In this document: piece by piece, positions 59,669 through 64,000 of the stretch
Position numbering within the stretch: position 1 is the first letter of the stretch
How the letters are laid out: each line of letters opens with the position of its first letter
Assembly: GCA_015056385.1 (NCBI GenBank)
Contig: SVGI01000001.1
Coordinates: 6,616 to 70,615, forward strand
Direction of reading: 5' to 3'
Length of the DNA: 64,000 bases
Source of the DNA: Clostridiales bacterium
GTDB taxonomy: Bacteria; Bacillota; Clostridia; HGM11327
Program-made: the position numbers and the translations under genes
Notes under the pieces: generated by a model
Database searches by the model: none
Seen by the model: the letters and a program-made list of their open reading frames with translations, nothing else
Told to the model about the DNA's origin: nothing

Positions 59669-60460
59669 TTGGATAAATATAGCGTGTATAGTATGTTATA
59701 TTCATATTCCGAAAACCAGCAAAGAAAAAAGAAAAACGCCCTGGTCACAGGGGCATCCGGTGTTATCGGCCGCGAGTGTGCCTTAGAGCTTGCCCGCGAA
59801 TGTGGCTTTATCGTCTTAAATTACTGCTCCGATAAAAAAGGGGCAGAGGATACCCTCAGGGCTTGTCGCGAGATAGGCTGCGAGGGTATATGTGTTCAGG
59901 CAGATATATCTGATTACGCCCAGGCGCAGATGCTTTTTAACGAGGCTCAAAGGGCCTGCGGCGGAATAGATATTGCAGTTCTGAACGCAGGAGTATCCCT
60001 CAACAAGCTCGTATACGATACGACTGTGGAGGAATTTTCACGTGTAATCTCCGTAAATCTTACAGGGGTGTTCAATACCGCCAAGCTTGCCTCGGAGCAA
60101 ATGCTTTCAAGAGGCTGGGGCAGAATAATTGCGGTATCATCCATGTGGGCAAAATGCGGAGCGGCTTGTGAGGCGGCGTATGCGGCCTCCAAAGGAGGAG
60201 TTGAGGCCTTTGTCAAATCTCTGGCAAAGGAGCTTGCAGCCAGCAGCATAACTGTAAACTGTGTTGCTCCCGGAGCTGTTGCAACTCCTATGACCTTATC
60301 CTTGGGAGAGGAAACTGTTTCGTTGTTAACAGAGGATATCCCCCAAAGAAGACTGTGTGAACCCCAAGAGGTGGCACATGCGGTGCTTTTTCTCGCAAGT
60401 GAAAAGGCGGCGTATATTACAGGCGCTGTTCTTGCAGTGAACGGCGGGTTAGTTACCTGA
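59669..60460 (+). CDS. SDR-family oxidoreductase (FabG-like)
   Basis: TGASGVIG Rossmann motif, NAG, catalytic YAASK; true start may be an internal Met. Confidence 0.8.
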   Translation: MDKYSVYSMLYSYSENQQRKKKNALVTGASGVIGRECALELARECGFIVLNYCSDKKGAEDTLRACREIGCEGICVQADISDYAQAQMLFNEAQRACGGIDIAVLNAGVSLNKLVYDTTVEEFSRVISVNLTGVFNTAKLASEQMLSRGWGRIIAVSSMWAKCGAACEAAYAASKGGVEAFVKSLAKELAASSITVNCVAPGAVATPMTLSLGEETVSLLTEDIPQRRLCEPQEVAHAVLFLASEKAAYITGAVLAVNGGLVT

Positions 60461-60502
60461 CTTTGATTACAAAGTCTTAAAATTGCCGAAGGCGGTGAGA
60501 AA

Positions 60503-62296
60503 ATGAAAGAGATTAAACGGATCTTAAAAATGGCGCGTCCCTATTGGAAGGGTATAGTATTTGCATTGTTCTGTATGGTGGTGCAGTATTCACTTTCCCT
60601 GCTGGCGCCGTATTACAATAAGTGGATATTTGACGACATAATGGAAAAGGGTAAATATTATCTTGTTCCCATTATTATGTCTACATATTTTCTGCTCAAC
60701 GTTGTTGCGTGGTGCTTTAAGGGATGCGGCGACTATAATCTGGAGCGCTGTGCCCAAAGCATAACAAACAACTGCAGAGAAAGCATGCTTTCCCACCTGT
60801 TCGAGCTTCCTTATTCGTATTTTGATAAAATGCGTACGGGTGAGCTTATGTCCAGAATGACAGGCGACCTTGACGGTATGCGTATATTCTTTGTTCAGGG
60901 TATTCCGAGCTATATACAGAATATAGTTTATTTTGTGGCATCACTTATAATAATGATGTCCCTGGACGTTGTGCTTACCCTTGTTTGTCTGGCTCTTTCA
61001 ATTATAGTAGTTACCCTTGCGGCGTTTTACAACAAAAAGATTAAGCCCATATACGTAAAAATGAGAGAGCAGCAGGCAAAGCTCAACACAGTTACACAGG
61101 AAAATATTGCAGGTATAAAGGTGGTACGCTCCTTTGTGCGTGAGGACTTCGAAATAAATAAATTCGAGGTTGAAAACCGTGAAACTGCAAACCTCAATAT
61201 TGCCGCAACGGTTATTGGCGCAAAGTACAGCCCCTGGATGTCCTTTATAAGTGCATCCTATTCTATTGTTATAGTGTGGATAGGCGGTGTGCTTATAGGC
61301 AAGGGAGATATGACAGTAGGTGAAATGCTTACCTTCTCCGGGTATATCTGGATGCTTACAGGCCCTATCCAGATGCTTTCATGGCTTTTGAGCATTACAA
61401 ACCAGGCAATCGTTTCATCAAGACGTGTATTTGAGGTTTTGGATACAGGCAGTGATATCGTCGAGATAGACGAGCCCTATACACCCGACAAGGATGAAAC
61501 AAGGGGAAGCGTGGAGTTTGATAACGTTTCCTTTGCATATACGGATAAAAACGTAATAAATAACGTAAGCTTTTCTGTTCCCGCGGGAAGTACGGTAGGT
61601 ATTATGGGTCCTACGGGCTCGGGTAAATCAACCCTTACCACGCTTCTCGGACGCTTTTACGACGTCAGCGAGGGCAGCGTAAAAATAGACGGGGTAGACG
61701 TTAAGGAGTGGGGTATTCCTCAATTAAGAGGTATGATAGGCTACATATCTCAGGATACCTTCCTTTTCTCCGACTCAATAGAGGAAAATATTAAATTCTC
61801 AAACCCCGATGCTACAATGGAAGAAATAGGTGAGGCTGCAAGAATTGCAGACGCATCAGAGTTTATTGAAAAAATGCCCGATGGCTACAATACCGTAATC
61901 GGTGAAAGAGGTCTTGGACTTTCAGGCGGCCAAAGGCAGAGAATCTCCATAGCCAGAGCGGTAATGCGCGCTCCTAAAATATTGGTAATGGACGACTGTA
62001 CCTCTGCTGTTGACATGGAAACAGAGCATTACATACAAAACGAGCTTAAGCCTGTTATGAAGGGAAGAACAACCTTTATAATAGCCCACAGAATATCCTC
62101 CGTTAAGCATGCGGATATAATATTCTTTATGGATGGCGGAAAAATCGTGGAAAGAGGTACACACGAGGAGCTTCTCGCATTAAAGGGCAGATACTATTCC
62201 GTATTCTGCGACCAGTACAGCGACCTGAACAGGGAATTACAGGCAGAAAACACCGTACAAAATTCAAACGCTACGGAGGTGTTGGGAAATGGCTAA
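60503..62296 (+). CDS. ABC exporter, fused permease/ATPase (type I exporter half-transporter)
   Basis: 6-TM domain plus NBD with Walker A GPTGSGKST, signature LSGGQRQR and Walker B ILVMDD. Confidence 0.9.
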   Translation: MKEIKRILKMARPYWKGIVFALFCMVVQYSLSLLAPYYNKWIFDDIMEKGKYYLVPIIMSTYFLLNVVAWCFKGCGDYNLERCAQSITNNCRESMLSHLFELPYSYFDKMRTGELMSRMTGDLDGMRIFFVQGIPSYIQNIVYFVASLIIMMSLDVVLTLVCLALSIIVVTLAAFYNKKIKPIYVKMREQQAKLNTVTQENIAGIKVVRSFVREDFEINKFEVENRETANLNIAATVIGAKYSPWMSFISASYSIVIVWIGGVLIGKGDMTVGEMLTFSGYIWMLTGPIQMLSWLLSITNQAIVSSRRVFEVLDTGSDIVEIDEPYTPDKDETRGSVEFDNVSFAYTDKNVINNVSFSVPAGSTVGIMGPTGSGKSTLTTLLGRFYDVSEGSVKIDGVDVKEWGIPQLRGMIGYISQDTFLFSDSIEENIKFSNPDATMEEIGEAARIADASEFIEKMPDGYNTVIGERGLGLSGGQRQRISIARAVMRAPKILVMDDCTSAVDMETEHYIQNELKPVMKGRTTFIIAHRISSVKHADIIFFMDGGKIVERGTHEELLALKGRYYSVFCDQYSDLNRELQAENTVQNSNATEVLGNG

Positions 62297-64000
62297 GAAA
62301 AAACAGCGACTTGTTGATGATGAGGTCATAGAAACCCGGTTTAGCATGAAGCAACTTGCAAGGCTTCTGGTATATGCAAAGCCATATATTTTCCATATTG
62401 TACTTGCCTTTGTATTGATGATGTTAGCCTCTGTTGCATCAATATTCAGCCCGTTTATGATGCAGGAGGCAATAGACGGACCTATCAAGGAAAACAATAT
62501 GATGGGGCTTATGTATTACGCCCTTATAATGCTTGGACTCAACCTTATAAACGTTTTGTGTTCCATTTTCAGGCAGCTTATACTTACAAAGGTAGGTCAG
62601 AAGATTATTATGAAGCTCAGGAGCGACCTTTTCAGGCACGTTCAGGAAATGTCCTTCACCTTCTTCGATTCACGCCCCGTAGGTAAAATACTTGCAAGAA
62701 TTATAAACGACGTCAATGCCTTAAGCGACCTTATTACAAACGGACTCTTCAATATACTTATTGAAGTTTTCGGCCTTGTTGTTCTCGTGGTGCTTATATT
62801 CAACATAGACGTTACTCTTTCGCTTTTGAGTCTGGCAGGCATACCCCTTCTTCTTGTATGGATGCTTGTATTTACCCCCAGAGCAAGAGATGCCTGGGCA
62901 GACGTAAGCAAGAAAAGCTCAACCATAAATGCGTTTATACACGAGCAGCTTTCCGGTATTAAAACAACACAGGCCTTTACCCGTGAGCAGAAGGCTGTTG
63001 AGGAGCATCACCGTATAAACGGCGAATACAAAAGAACGTGGCTTAAGGCTATATTCTATTCCTGCGTATTAAACTACGGCTCGGCTATACTTTCTATTGT
63101 TGGCCTTACCCTTGTTTATCTTGCAGGCGTGTATATGGCTAAAAGCGGAGTGGTTACGGTTGGTGTTGTAGTAGGCTTCTCCAACTATTCCACGCGCTTC
63201 TGGTCCCCCATTTTAAGTATAATGAACTACTTCAATACTCTTAACAGCGCCGCCGCATCTATGGAGCGTATATTCGAAATGCTTGACGAGCAGAACGATA
63301 TAGTAGATGCCCCTGACGCAACAGTGCCTGAGGAATGGCGTGGCAGAGTTGAGTTTGAGGACGTTACCTTCTACTACGAGGAGGAAAAGCCCGTTCTTGA
63401 AAACGTATCCTTTAAGGTTGCCCCCGGTGAAACGGTTGCCCTTGTAGGCCCCACAGGCGCAGGTAAGAGCACTATAGTAAACCTTGTTGCCCGTTTTTAC
63501 GACGTAAAGGCAGGCAGAGTGCTTATAGACGGAATAGATATAAGGCAGCTTAAGCAGCACGAGCTTCGCAGACATATAGGTATGATGCTTCAGGAACCGT
63601 ATCTCTTTACGGGAACTATAAGAGAAAATATCCGCTACGGCAGGCTTGACGCAACAGACGAGGAAATAGAAAACGCCGCAAGGGTGGTTTGCGCACATGA
63701 TTTTATTATGGACCTCCCTGCAGGCTACGATACGATAGTTCAGGAAAGAGGCGGCGGTATATCCCAGGGTCAAAGGCAGCTTATATCCTTTGCAAGAGCC
63801 CTTCTTTCAGACCCTACTATATTGGTGCTTGACGAGGCAACCTCAAATATCGACACCAAAACAGAGCTTATGCTCCAAAAGGGTCTTAATGAGCTTATGA
63901 AGGGCAGAACAACCTTCGTTATTGCTCACAGGCTTTCAACCATAAAGAGCGCAGACGATATTATGGTAATTGCAGAGCGCAAAATATACGAGCACGGTAC
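62290..64000 (+). CDS. Second ABC exporter half-transporter (3' end beyond window); likely heterodimer partner
   Basis: ATG at 62290 overlapping the stop of the upstream ABC gene; TMD then NBD with GPTGAGKST, ISQGQRQL and LVLDEATS; the ORF runs to the window edge. Confidence 0.85.

Overview
The window is a Firmicutes (Clostridia-like) chromosomal segment dominated by housekeeping genes: ligA, spmA/spmB, nfo, ilvE, prfB, secA, degV, rpiA, upp, mazG(yabN), hup, yabO, mgtE, rluB, mreB and an ABC exporter pair. Predicted RNA and regulatory elements are a THF riboswitch leader upstream of a folT-like ECF S-component gene, an M-box leader upstream of mgtE, several rho-independent terminators and one near-consensus sigma-A promoter. 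The main accessory content is an ~8 kb segment that interrupts the conserved mazG-hup-yabO neighbourhood. It encodes a dual-HTH (excisionase-type plus LuxR-type) regulator preceded by phased direct repeats, a small Cys-rich protein, and a 1928-aa surface protein with a vWA domain, repeated Spy0128-type isopeptide domains and a DUF11-like C-terminal region. A second surface protein (parallel beta-helix plus Listeria-Bacteroides repeats) carries the same (S/P)PxTG-DSTM sorting signal; no sortase gene is present in the window. That second gene is preceded by a ~1 kb highly structured non-coding region containing duplicated hairpin modules, three 21-bp tandem hairpin repeats and the consensus promoter. 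Other notable items are a perfect 27-bp inverted repeat flanking a 127-bp promoter-like core, which is a candidate invertible switch or MITE, and a five-gene Na+-decarboxylase/transcarboxylase-like cluster with both 12S-type and 5S-type carboxyltransferases. Also noted are an HPr-like protein whose His15 is replaced by Gly, a VOC-fold protein with a Cys/Asp-rich metallothionein-like tail, a J-domain protein with a Cys-rich tail next to a DUF5685-like protein, and an unannotated 53-aa membrane ORF. No CRISPR array, tRNA, rRNA, transposase or integrase was recognised.
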